Below, in pieces: positions 1 to 7,755 of a DNA stretch of 32,000 bases (its first letter is position 1; each line of letters opens with the position of its first letter). The notes under the pieces are model-generated. The model worked only from the letters and a program-made list of their open reading frames with translations, made no database searches and was not told the DNA's origin. A program made the translations under genes and the position numbers. The stretch comes from Alkalilimnicola ehrlichii MLHE-1 (GTDB taxonomy: Bacteria; Pseudomonadota; Gammaproteobacteria; Nitrococcales; Halorhodospiraceae), in contig NC_008340.1 in assembly GCF_000014785.1 (NCBI RefSeq), forward strand, positions 240,001 through 272,000, in the 5' to 3' direction.

Positions 1-360
1 GGCCAGGGTCTGGCAATGCTCTTCTTGTGGGCTGAACAGGATGATCTCGGCGTCCTGCTCCACCCGGAGGGTGTGCCCCGGTGGCCAGTAGAAGAGGTCG
101 CCGGCGGCCACGGCTTCCTCGCTGCCGTCGCGGTAGGTCATGACCAATCGCCCCTGGATCATGTAGCCCCAGTGGGGGGATTGGCAGAGATTGTCCTTCA
201 GCCCCTCAAGCAGGGGCGTGATATCAGTGCCGGCCTCGAGGGAGAAGTACTCCCCGGTCATCTTGCTGTAGCCCGTGGCGTCGCCAAAATCCAAAACCTG
301 GCGGGCGATGGCGCCCGGGGCGTTGAACACCTGAGGTACATCCGACTTCGCGATACGCAT
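1..360 (-). CDS. cupin domain protein (first 120 aa; ORF runs off the left edge and is therefore missing from the ORF track)
   Basis: Reverse translation from ATG (cat at 358-360) reads MRIAKSDVPQVFNAPGAIARQVLDFGDATGYSKMTGEYFSLEAGTDITPLLEGLKDNLCQSPHWGYMIQGRLVMTYRDGSEEAVAAGDLFYWPPGHTLRVEQDAEIILFSPQEEH and stays open to position 1. SD GGAGGAGG lies 5 nt upstream. The strand pattern is cupin-like. The listed + ORF 16..411 is its shadow. Confidence 0.75.
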   Translation of the reverse strand, partial: MRIAKSDVPQVFNAPGAIARQVLDFGDATGYSKMTGEYFSLEAGTDITPLLEGLKDNLCQSPHWGYMIQGRLVMTYRDGSEEAVAAGDLFYWPPGHTLRVEQDAEIILFSPQEEHCQTLA

Positions 361-393
361 GGTGGCCTCCTCCTGCACAGCAGGGTTATGCGG

Positions 394-444
394 GTAGACC
401 GATCAGTCTAACTGGCAGTCTAGGAAAGCCCGGGGGGTGGTCAA
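394..444 (-). promoter_or_regulatory. sigma70-like promoter (TTGACC-N16-TAGACT, 417-444) followed by a 17-bp TetR-type palindromic operator (394-410)
   Basis: The minus strand reads gtttgcTTGACCaccccccgggctttccTAGACTgccagtTAGACTGATCGGTCTAc. The operator gtagaccgatcagtcta is identical to the copy at 1105-1121. Confidence 0.5.
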
Positions 445-518
445 GCAAACGATTTTCCGTTGTGTGTACGCCGGCTCGCGTGCAGACAAGATCCCTGCGG
501 AAAAGGGTGCCCCGGTGA

Positions 519-1094
519 TCAGGCGGCGCTGTGGTTGAAGTGGAAATCGAGCATGGCCCGCAACGGTGCCGGGTCCCGCTGCAGGCGGCTGCGCAGTGCC
601 GCCCCCTCCCAGCAGTCCAGCAGCAGGTCGGCCATATGGTGGACGTCGGTGTCGGGCGGCAGGTCGCCGCGCAGCCGCGCCTGTTCCAGGCAAACCGCGA
701 TTCGTGCCGTGATCTCGGCGAAACACCACTCGATCTTGTAGCGGAATACATCGCTGGCCGCGGAAAGTTCCTGGCCCAGGTTGCCGAGCAGGCAGCCGCG
801 ATAGCCCTCGCGACCGTATTTCTCCAACGACAGCGCGAAGAAGGTGTGAATCCGCTCCAGCGGCGCGCGCTCCGGGGCGCTGAGGCAGGCGTCCAGGCCG
901 GCGTGGACCTCCCGCATGTATCGGTCCACCACCTGCAGGGCAAAGTCCTGTTTGCTGCGGAAATGGTGATAGAACGAGCCCTTGGGAACGCCGCTGGCGG
1001 TGAGCAGCGTTTGCACGCCCAGGTCGTTGTAGCCGTGCTGCAGCAGCAGGTCCAGGCCGACCTCCAGCAGGCGTTGCTTGGTGTCCTTGCGCAT
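519..1094 (-). CDS. TetR/AcrR family transcriptional regulator
   Basis: 191 aa. N-terminal HTH reads RLLEVGLDLLLQHGYNDLGVQTLLTASGVPKGSFYHHFRSKQDF, typical of TetR_N. It has its own operator copy upstream. Confidence 0.9.
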   Translation of the reverse strand: MRKDTKQRLLEVGLDLLLQHGYNDLGVQTLLTASGVPKGSFYHHFRSKQDFALQVVDRYMREVHAGLDACLSAPERAPLERIHTFFALSLEKYGREGYRGCLLGNLGQELSAASDVFRYKIEWCFAEITARIAVCLEQARLRGDLPPDTDVHHMADLLLDCWEGAALRSRLQRDPAPLRAMLDFHFNHSAA

Positions 1095-1104
1095 GGCGGA
1101 ACCC

Positions 1105-1154
1105 GTAGACCGATCAGTCTATATCAAGACTAGGCCAAGGCCGGCCGGCGTCAA
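1105..1154 (-). promoter_or_regulatory. sigma70-like promoter (TTGACG-N16-TAGTCT, 1127-1154) plus second copy of the 17-bp operator (1105-1121)
   Basis: The minus strand reads ccaccTTGACGccggccggccttggccTAGTCTtgataTAGACTGATCGGTCTAcgggttccgccATG. The architecture matches 394-444. Confidence 0.5.
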
Positions 1155-1221
1155 GGTGGAGAGGGCCAATGCCGCCCGATCAAGTCGTGCCCGGCCGTTG
1201 CTCCTCCTTCGCTGGCCCGGG

Positions 1222-2469
1222 TCAGTCGAGCAGGTGCTCGCCGCGCCAAAGGGCCCGCAACGGTTCGCGTTCGCGCACCAAGTGGTGACAGCCGCCAGCC
1301 ACCAACACCTCGGCCGGGCGCGGACGGGTGTTGTAGTTGGACGCCATTACGAAGCCGTAGGCGCCGGCGGAGTGCACCGCCAGCAGGTCGCCCTCGGCCA
1401 GGGCCAGCTCGCGCTGCTTGCCAAGGAAGTCGCCGGTCTCGCAGACAGGGCCGACGATATCCCAGGGCAGGGTGTCGGTGTCGGCCCGCGGGCGCACCGG
1501 GGTGATCGCGTGCCAGCCGTCGTAGAGCGAAGGGCGGAGCAGGTCGTTCATCGCGGCGTCGACCACGGCAAAGCGCTGCTCCGAGCCGTCCTTCAGGTAT
1601 TGCACCCGGGTGATCAGTACGCCGGCGTTGCCCACCACGGCCCGGCCGGGTTCCATCAGCAATTCCAGGTCGCGGCCCTGAAGCCCGTCCAGCAGGACCC
1701 GGGCGTAGTCCTCGGCCGCCGGTGGGGTCTCGTCCCGGTAGCGGATGCCCAGACCGCCGCCCACGTCGAGATGCCGGATGGTGATCCCCTCAGCCGCCAG
1801 CCGGTCTACCAGTGCCAGCACCCGCTCCAGGGCGTCGGCGATGGGTGAGAGGTCGGTGAGTTGCGAGCCGATGTGAAAGTCCACCCCCTCCACGCTAAGG
1901 TGGGCGGCGTTGGCCGCCTGGCGGTAGATGGCCTCCGCCTCACGGATGTCGATCCCGAACTTGTTCTCGCGCAGCCCGGTGGAGATGTAGGGGTGGGTGC
2001 GGGCGTCCACGTCCGGGTTGACGCGCAGGGATACCGGGGCGGTCAGTCGCAGCTCGCCGGCCACCCGGTTGAGTCGCGACAGCTCTGCAGTGGACTCCAC
2101 ATTGAAGCAGCGGATACCCACCTCGAGCGCCCGGCGCATCTCATCTGCGGTCTTGCCGACGCCGGAGAAGACCACCCGGCGCGGATCGCCGCCGGCGGCC
2201 AGGACTCGCTCCAGTTCCCCACCGGAGACGATATCAAAGCCGGAGCCCAGGCGCGCCAACAGTTGCAGCACCGCCAAGTTGGAGTTGGCCTTGACCGCGT
2301 AGCAGACCTGGTGCGGGTGGTCACCCAGCGCCTGGTCGAAGCCGCGCCAAGCCGATTCGATGGCGGCCTTGGAGTAGACGTAGGTGGGGGTGCCCACCTG
2401 TTCTGCGATGTCTTCCAGTGGCACGGCCTCGGCACACAGCCGGCCGTCCTGCAGCGTGAACGCTTGCAT
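1222..2469 (-). CDS. lysA: diaminopimelate decarboxylase
   Basis: Start taken at MQAFTLQDGRL (cat 2467-2469) rather than the ORF-track start at 2694. Motifs seen: PLP lysine CYAVKANSN, GGGLGI, EPGR and CETGD. 415 aa. Confidence 0.93.
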   Translation of the reverse strand: MQAFTLQDGRLCAEAVPLEDIAEQVGTPTYVYSKAAIESAWRGFDQALGDHPHQVCYAVKANSNLAVLQLLARLGSGFDIVSGGELERVLAAGGDPRRVVFSGVGKTADEMRRALEVGIRCFNVESTAELSRLNRVAGELRLTAPVSLRVNPDVDARTHPYISTGLRENKFGIDIREAEAIYRQAANAAHLSVEGVDFHIGSQLTDLSPIADALERVLALVDRLAAEGITIRHLDVGGGLGIRYRDETPPAAEDYARVLLDGLQGRDLELLMEPGRAVVGNAGVLITRVQYLKDGSEQRFAVVDAAMNDLLRPSLYDGWHAITPVRPRADTDTLPWDIVGPVCETGDFLGKQRELALAEGDLLAVHSAGAYGFVMASNYNTRPRPAEVLVAGGCHHLVREREPLRALWRGEHLLD

Positions 2470-2492
2470 GGGGTCTGGGCTCTCCGGGGTGA

Positions 2493-2615
2493 TCAGTGGT
2501 GCGACTGCTCGGTCTCGTCGTCCGGCATGTACAGTGGCCCCTTCTGCCCGCAACCGGCCAGGAGGGTGGTGCTCAGGACGAGGAGGACCAGGATGGCCAG
2601 TACGGTAGTGCGCAT
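2493..2615 (-). CDS. lptM: small lipoprotein of the LptM/YifL family
   Basis: The 40-aa product is MRTTVLAILVLLVLSTTLLAGCGQKGPLYMPDDETEQSHH. It has a lipobox LLAGC followed by GQKGPLY. It sits immediately upstream of lysA, as is typical in gammaproteobacteria. It is hidden at the end of the spurious 366-aa ORF 2493..3593. Confidence 0.75.
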   Translation of the reverse strand: MRTTVLAILVLLVLSTTLLAGCGQKGPLYMPDDETEQSHH

Positions 2616-2762
2616 GGGACGGGCCGGATGGGTGAATGGACCGGACATTATACGCCGCCGGACGACAAATCCCAGCAAAACTGACCCAGCGCAAGGTGCT
2701 TCGCTCCGGTCGGCGCTAGGCTGGGCGTCCCACAGAATAACAATGGCTTTCGGAGAGGGTCT

Positions 2763-3443
2763 ATGGACAGTCAGCGATTGGAGCGCGTCGAGGTGTCCAC
2801 CGGCGCCAATCCCACCGCCAGTGTGATCTGGCTGCACGGGTTGGGTGCCGATGGCCACGATTTCGAGCCCATCGTCCCGGAGCTGCGCAAGACGGCGGCC
2901 CAGGGCGCCGTGCGGTTTGTCTTCCCGCATGCCCCGAAGCGGCCGGTGACGGTGAACGGGGGGGCCGTGATGCGCGCCTGGTACGACCTCTACGACCTCG
3001 GCATCAACCGCGCCGGGGAGGACGAGGCGGGCATCCGCGAGGCGATGGACCTGGTGCGGGGGCTGGTCGATGAGGAAAAGGCGCGGGGCGTCCCGGCCGG
3101 ACGGATCGTCCTGGCTGGGTTTTCGATGGGGGGTGCCGCGGCCCTGTTCAGCGGGTTGCGGCACGACGAGCGGCTGGCCGGGCTGATGGGCTTGTCCTGC
3201 TATCTGCCCCTGGCCGACCGGCTGGCCGATGAGCGTGATCCGGCCAACAGCGGGACGTCGGTGCTGCTGGTCCATGGCAGCTACGACCCGGTGTTGCCTA
3301 TGCCCTTGGGGGTGGCCGCCCGCGATACCTTGCAGGGGCTGGGTTATCCCGTTGAGTGGCAGGACTACCCCATGGAGCACCAGGTCTGCATGGAGGAGAT
3401 CGCCCTGGTGGACGACTGGCTCAGTCGGGTGCTGTCCGACTGA
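2763..3443 (+). CDS. alpha/beta hydrolase, phospholipase/carboxylesterase family
   Basis: 226 aa. Motifs seen: VIWLHGLGADGHDF, nucleophile elbow GFSMGG, and HGSYDPVLP plus a downstream His. Confidence 0.85.
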   Translation: MDSQRLERVEVSTGANPTASVIWLHGLGADGHDFEPIVPELRKTAAQGAVRFVFPHAPKRPVTVNGGAVMRAWYDLYDLGINRAGEDEAGIREAMDLVRGLVDEEKARGVPAGRIVLAGFSMGGAAALFSGLRHDERLAGLMGLSCYLPLADRLADERDPANSGTSVLLVHGSYDPVLPMPLGVAARDTLQGLGYPVEWQDYPMEHQVCMEEIALVDDWLSRVLSD

Positions 3444-3456
3444 GCCGAGGTGCGCT

Positions 3457-3951
3457 TCAGGAGTCGTCGTGCTGGCCCTTGGCGGTGGCGTCGCGGGCGT
3501 GCTGGGCGCGTACCTCCTCCTTGGTCGCCGGGCGCACTTCGCGCACGTCCAGCTCGAAGGTGAGTCGGCGGCCGGCCAATGGGTGGTTGCCATCCAGAAT
3601 GGCGCCGTTCTCGGTCAGGCGTAGGACCTTGAGGGTGAAACGCCGGCCGTGGGAGCCGCTGGTCAGTTGTTGGCCCTCGTACAGCTCCAGGTCGTCCGGG
3701 AGGAACTCGCGGTTGGCCTCGAACACCAGGTTCTCCTTGTGCGGGCCGTAGGCCTCTTCCGGGGGCAGGGTGACCCGGTGGGGCGTGCCCGCCTCGAGGC
3801 CCTCCAGCGCCTCTTCCAGCGCGGGCAGGATGTGCCGGTAGCCGTGCAGGTAGACCATGGGGCCGGACTGTTCGCTGTCGTCCAGCAGGGTCCCGTCTTC
3901 GTCCTTTAGCCGGTAATGCACGGTGGCCACGGTGTTCTTGCGGATCTTCAT
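3457..3951 (-). CDS. slyD: FKBP-type peptidyl-prolyl cis-trans isomerase, SlyD-like (no His-rich tail)
   Basis: Start at MKIRKNTVATVHYRLKDEDGTLLD (cat 3949-3951). It has LDGNHPLAGRRLTFELDV, matching the SlyD DGNHxLAG motif. 164 aa. Its start overlaps the stop of the upstream gene (TGATG). Confidence 0.85.
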   Translation of the reverse strand: MKIRKNTVATVHYRLKDEDGTLLDDSEQSGPMVYLHGYRHILPALEEALEGLEAGTPHRVTLPPEEAYGPHKENLVFEANREFLPDDLELYEGQQLTSGSHGRRFTLKVLRLTENGAILDGNHPLAGRRLTFELDVREVRPATKEEVRAQHARDATAKGQHDDS

Positions 3952-4517
3952 CAGCGTTGTCTCCTGCCGCGCATCAGGTACCAGAGCAGCGCGGCGATGA
4001 GGATGGGTGTAAGGGCCAGCAGGGTCCAGGTGGCGGCCGCCTTGGAGGCGGGTGCGCCATGGGTTTCCGCCAGGTGGTCGGTAATCACCCGCCATTCCCC
4101 CGACTCCAGTTCGGCGCCGTAGGCCAGACGCATGCGCCAGACGGTGAAGGCCCAGCCCGGCCAGGTTCGTGCCTCGCGGTCGAAGTCGCCGGCATCGTGG
4201 CACTCCATGCAGCGGCGTTCGGTCAGGCGAACCGGGTAGGGGCGTGCGGCCAGTTCCGCCTCGCGGGCCTCCCGCTCGGCGCGCTCGGCCGCCTCGCGCT
4301 CACGCCGGCGTTCCTCCGCCGCCTGGCGTTCGCGTTCGATGGCCTCGCGACGAGCCTGCCGCTCCTCCTCGGTCATGCCCTCCTCGATGGGGTCGACCAT
4401 CAGCTCTTCCGCCGACATACCGGCGTGGCCGGGTAGGACGGGGAGGCCCATGGCGAGCAGCAGGCCGGTCAACCCGGCAATCAGGCGCCCATGGGTCCCG
4501 ACGGTTGGGTGCGGCAT
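3951..4517 (-). CDS. hypothetical exported/membrane-tethered protein with one CXXCH motif (putative monoheme c-type cytochrome)
   Basis: 188 aa. It has a signal-like N-terminus (RLIAGLTGLLLAMGLPVLPGHAG) and a highly charged E/R/A-rich helix. It also has CMECH, and a C-terminal TM (TWTLLALTPILIAALLWYLM) followed by RGRRQR. It lies 11 nt after the arxD stop. Confidence 0.5.
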   Translation of the reverse strand: MPHPTVGTHGRLIAGLTGLLLAMGLPVLPGHAGMSAEELMVDPIEEGMTEEERQARREAIERERQAAEERRREREAAERAEREAREAELAARPYPVRLTERRCMECHDAGDFDREARTWPGWAFTVWRMRLAYGAELESGEWRVITDHLAETHGAPASKAAATWTLLALTPILIAALLWYLMRGRRQR

Positions 4518-4528
4518 GATCGGCGCGT

Positions 4529-5431
4529 TCAGCGGCTCTTGACTTCCTTGAATTCGGGGTTGGTGTGCTGCATGCCCATGGCGCCGGCCCGGCAGTCGGG
4601 GCAGACGGCCAGGTGGCTGGCGTCCAGCCCTTTAGCCCGCAGGGTGGCCATCATCCCCGCGAGATCGCCGGAGGCGGCGAAGGGCTTGCCGCAGCGGGCG
4701 CACTCGGTCTGGTTGCCGGCGCTGCTGGCGGCCACGGCGGCGGAGGCCTCTGCCAGTTCGGGGGCGTCCTCTTGCGCTTCGGCCTCCGGGGCGGGCACCT
4801 GGGCCTGCAACCAGCGGGCGTCCTGGTCCAGGCTGTCGCGGACCAGGCGGGCCAGCAGCAGGTAGGGCGCGCCGTGGGGGGTGTCGCGGACCTCCTGTTC
4901 GAGCTTGCGTACCCAGTCGTTGGGCCAGGGGCGCAGGAAGCGGTTGAGGAAGTCGCGGGCCTCCTCCAGGTAGTGGGTGGCGGATTCGCCGTCCTCGGCC
5001 TGGCTGGCGGAGGCGAGCAGCAGGGCGAGGAACTGCAGTTGCAGGGCCAGGTGGTCGGGGGTGTCGCGGAAGCTGACGTCCCTGGCCAGGCCGTGGCGCT
5101 GGTAGTAGCCCTCCATCTCCACGACGCTGGGGCCCATCATGGCCTGATCGATGTAGAGGCCGGCGTTCAGGGGTGCCGGGTAGGGGGGCACCAGGAAGAG
5201 ACGGCTGTAGCCGCGCAGCAGGGTCTCGTGACTGTCGATCTGGCGCATGGCGTTGCGCAGTTGTTGCCCGGCGTCGGTGTCCGGGAGCAGTTCGTCCAGG
5301 TCCGCGGGCAGGGCCTCGCCCATGGCCTCGTGGTATTCGGCCTGCACCGGGGGGATGAAGGCCTGACCGAGGCAGAGGTAGAGCTCCGCGCGGGTCATCA
5401 GGTGCTCGGCGTGTTGTTGCAGGTTCGGCAT
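4529..5431 (-). CDS. arxD: TorD/DmsD-family redox enzyme maturation chaperone with a C-terminal CxxC...CxxC zinc-ribbon extension
   Basis: 300 aa. The core (AELYLCLGQAF, LLRGYSRLF, PDHLALQLQFLALL) is typical of the TorD/NarJ family. An extra tail of about 90 aa carries CARCGKPF...CPDCR. Confidence 0.8.
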   Translation of the reverse strand: MPNLQQHAEHLMTRAELYLCLGQAFIPPVQAEYHEAMGEALPADLDELLPDTDAGQQLRNAMRQIDSHETLLRGYSRLFLVPPYPAPLNAGLYIDQAMMGPSVVEMEGYYQRHGLARDVSFRDTPDHLALQLQFLALLLASASQAEDGESATHYLEEARDFLNRFLRPWPNDWVRKLEQEVRDTPHGAPYLLLARLVRDSLDQDARWLQAQVPAPEAEAQEDAPELAEASAAVAASSAGNQTECARCGKPFAASGDLAGMMATLRAKGLDASHLAVCPDCRAGAMGMQHTNPEFKEVKSR

Positions 5432-5504
5432 GGTGTTGTCTTGGCCTGATTCGTTGGTCTGGGGGGCGTAGACGCCATTTTAGACGTCCACGGCTTCGTT
5501 CGGG

Positions 5505-5719
5505 GGTTTTTGGAGAGGGCTGCCGGGGTGGCGGGTTATCGATTGAGGCTCCAGTTGCGCACCCCTTCGGGGTGCCCTGCGCTACTCGCCAAAAGGCGGC
5601 GGCGCGAACTCGCTTCGCTCGGACAGGCGCGCCTTTTTTCCGCCTTTTTGCTGCGTTGCTCGGTGCGCAAAGTCGCCTCAATCGATAACCCGCCACCCCG
5701 GCAGCCCTCTCCAAAAACC
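5505..5719. repeat. 215-bp palindromic (MITE/REP-like) element with perfect 45-bp terminal inverted repeats
   Basis: Positions 5505-5549 (ggtttttggagagggctgccggggtggcgggttatcgattgaggc) are the exact reverse complement of 5675-5719. The interior is also partly self-complementary (ttgcgcacc / ggtgcgcaa, and hairpin gcaccccttcggggtgc). Both strands give the same pseudo-ORF start, MERAAGVAGYRLR. Confidence 0.65.
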
Positions 5720-5772
5720 GGCAGGTGAAGGGGCGCCGGGGCCTCCCTGCCCCGGCTTTCCGTGCCCCTGCG

Positions 5773-6966
5773 TCAGGCCGTGGCCTTGGCCTCGGCCTCC
5801 GCTGCCTCCTCCAGTTGCTCCGGCACGGCGGAGAGGTTGAAGAACTTCTCGCCGAGCACGTAGAGCGTAAAGATCATGGCGGAGCCCATGATGGTCAGTG
5901 CCCACTCGGTGGCCGAGGGGGTGTACTGGATCATGTTCCAGGCCCAGGTGCCCTGGAACAGCGGGATGACCTGGCCGCCCACCACGAAGAAGTAGCGTTC
6001 GGCGAACAGGCCGCCAAAGGTCAGCACGGAGACCAGCACCTGTACCTGCGGGTTGACGCGCAGATTGCGCGACATCATGAGGGCGAACGGCACCAGCAGG
6101 CCCAACAGCAACGAGAGGATGTACACCGGCGAGGCGAACAGGTAGTCCGCCCAGACGTGGTAGACCTCCGGGTTGTTGGTGTACAGGCCGGTGATGGCAC
6201 GCACGGCCACGAACAGGATGGTCAGCCCCAGCACCGCGGCGAACAGTTTGGGCAGGCCGTTGTTCAGGGCGTTCTGCAGCTTCTGCGGCATCTTGCTGCG
6301 GTCGAAGCCGTAGGCCAGGTAGCTGAAGAACACCAGCGCGGCCATGCCGCTGGTCACGGCGGTGAGGTAGAAGTAGATGGGCAGCGAGCCGTCGAACCAG
6401 AACGGTCGCATGCTCATCATGCCGAAGATCAGCGCCAGGTTACCACTGGCCAGCAGCACGCCCAGGAAGGAGGCGATGCCGATGATCTTGGTGTTCTTGC
6501 TGTCCCAGTCGCCGGCCTCCATCTTCTGGAACTTCCAGAGCAGGAAGAGCAGGTCGGCGGCGTAGAACACACCCATCCAGAACATGGCGGACTGGATCTG
6601 CATGTTGAAGGGGATGGCCCACAGCATGCGGAAGGTGTGGCCCAGCTCCAGCGCCAGCACTGCCATACCGGAGATCAGGATGATGAAGGCCAGGAAGATG
6701 GCCCGCTTGGCGATGCCGTAGTACTGCTTGAAGCCGAACACCAGGGGCAGCGAGGCGATCAGGCCCAGCCCGGACGACGCCAGGGCGAAGTACAGGTAGG
6801 TGGAGATCGGCTGCCCCCAGGGCAACTTCGAACTGACGTTGAAGGCGGCGTGACCCACCGTGTTGAGCTGGAAGATCACGTAGCCGAAGGTCGCCACCAT
6901 CACGGCGGCGGAGAGTATCAGCAGGCCGGTGCCCAGCCCGCCCTTCATGACGTTGTTATCTGACAT
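5773..6966 (-). CDS. arxC: NrfD/PsrC-family polytopic membrane anchor (quinone-interacting subunit)
   Basis: 397 aa and very hydrophobic, with multiple TM helices. It follows the Fe-S subunit by 14 nt. Confidence 0.85.
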   Translation of the reverse strand: MSDNNVMKGGLGTGLLILSAAVMVATFGYVIFQLNTVGHAAFNVSSKLPWGQPISTYLYFALASSGLGLIASLPLVFGFKQYYGIAKRAIFLAFIILISGMAVLALELGHTFRMLWAIPFNMQIQSAMFWMGVFYAADLLFLLWKFQKMEAGDWDSKNTKIIGIASFLGVLLASGNLALIFGMMSMRPFWFDGSLPIYFYLTAVTSGMAALVFFSYLAYGFDRSKMPQKLQNALNNGLPKLFAAVLGLTILFVAVRAITGLYTNNPEVYHVWADYLFASPVYILSLLLGLLVPFALMMSRNLRVNPQVQVLVSVLTFGGLFAERYFFVVGGQVIPLFQGTWAWNMIQYTPSATEWALTIMGSAMIFTLYVLGEKFFNLSAVPEQLEEAAEAEAKATA

Positions 6967-6980
6967 GGTCGTTCACCCCC

Positions 6981-7730
6981 TCAGGAATTGCGCGGGCTGA
7001 AAGCGGGCACGCCGGCGCCGGCGCCCAGGTAGTAGACCTGCGGGCGGTTGCCCGTATGGTCCAGCAGCCGCACGCCGTGCTTGTCGCCGATGATGCGGTT
7101 GACGTTGGACTCCGGGTTGTCCAGGTCGCCGAAGTAGCGGGCCTTGGGTGGGCAGGTGCGCACACACGCCGGCACGTACTCGACCAGCTCCGGATCGTCC
7201 TCGTCCAGGTCGGGCACGCCCTCGGGGGCCTTGCTGACCTTGTGGTAGCAGAAGGTGCACTTGGAGACCACGCCCTTGGGCTGGATGCCGATGCCCCGGC
7301 GCCAGTCCTGCTCCGGGTTCTGGTAGGGCGGGCTCCACATCTGCCCGTTCTCGCCCGGGTAGACGTCGCGCATGTCCGGCTCGATGAGCGGCTGCTCGTC
7401 GGCGTAGAAACGCACGCCGTAGGGGCAGGCGATCATGCAGTATTTGCAGCCGATGCACTTGTTCCAGTCCACGAAGACGATGCCGCCGGCGTCCGGGTCC
7501 TTGTAGGTGGCCCGGGTCGGGCAGACGTGCACGCAGGACGGGTCCTCACACTGCATGCAGGGCCGCGGCAGCCACTTCATCTGGGCGCTCGGGTACTCGC
7601 CCTCGTTGTAGTACAGCACGTCCTGCCAGCTCTCGCCGGGCAGGGTGTTGTTCTCCATGGCACAAGCCGTGGTGCACGCTTGGCACCCGGTGCACTTGTC
7701 CAGGTCGATGACCATTCCCCACTTAGCCAT
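6981..7730 (-). CDS. arxB: 4Fe-4S ferredoxin-type electron-transfer subunit (DmsB/PsrB family)
   Basis: 249 aa. Begins MAKWGMVIDLDKCTGCQACTTAC, then CMQCEDPSCVHVCP, CIGCKYCMIACP and CTFC...CVRTCP. SD GGAGGA upstream. Confidence 0.9.
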   Translation of the reverse strand: MAKWGMVIDLDKCTGCQACTTACAMENNTLPGESWQDVLYYNEGEYPSAQMKWLPRPCMQCEDPSCVHVCPTRATYKDPDAGGIVFVDWNKCIGCKYCMIACPYGVRFYADEQPLIEPDMRDVYPGENGQMWSPPYQNPEQDWRRGIGIQPKGVVSKCTFCYHKVSKAPEGVPDLDEDDPELVEYVPACVRTCPPKARYFGDLDNPESNVNRIIGDKHGVRLLDHTGNRPQVYYLGAGAGVPAFSPRNS

Positions 7731-7755
7731 TATTCATGTCCTCCAGTTATCAGGC

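Noticed and set aside
1222-2694. Long N-terminal extensions given by the ORF track: lysA 2694, slyD 4203, ampD 18736, tal 15346, nsrR 20779, cobW-like 22714, FmdB 24220, OMP 25006, DinB 30189, GltS-like 29557, cytochrome 27840, DoxX 31327
   Set aside because: In each case an internal start preceded by an SD gives the canonical family N-terminus. The extension is R/P-rich, overlaps a neighbouring gene, or starts with TTG.
4632-5714. 360-aa Arg/Pro/Gly-rich ORF on the - strand overlapping arxD and the palindromic element. Similar ORFs occur at 5725..6963 (+), 19937..21418 (-), 10288..11226 (-), 18794..19906 (-) and 13062..13967 (-).
   Set aside because: These are alternative-frame or antisense artefacts. 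Their composition is extreme in R/P/G/A. Each overlaps a well-supported gene, and the first one reads straight through a non-coding palindrome.
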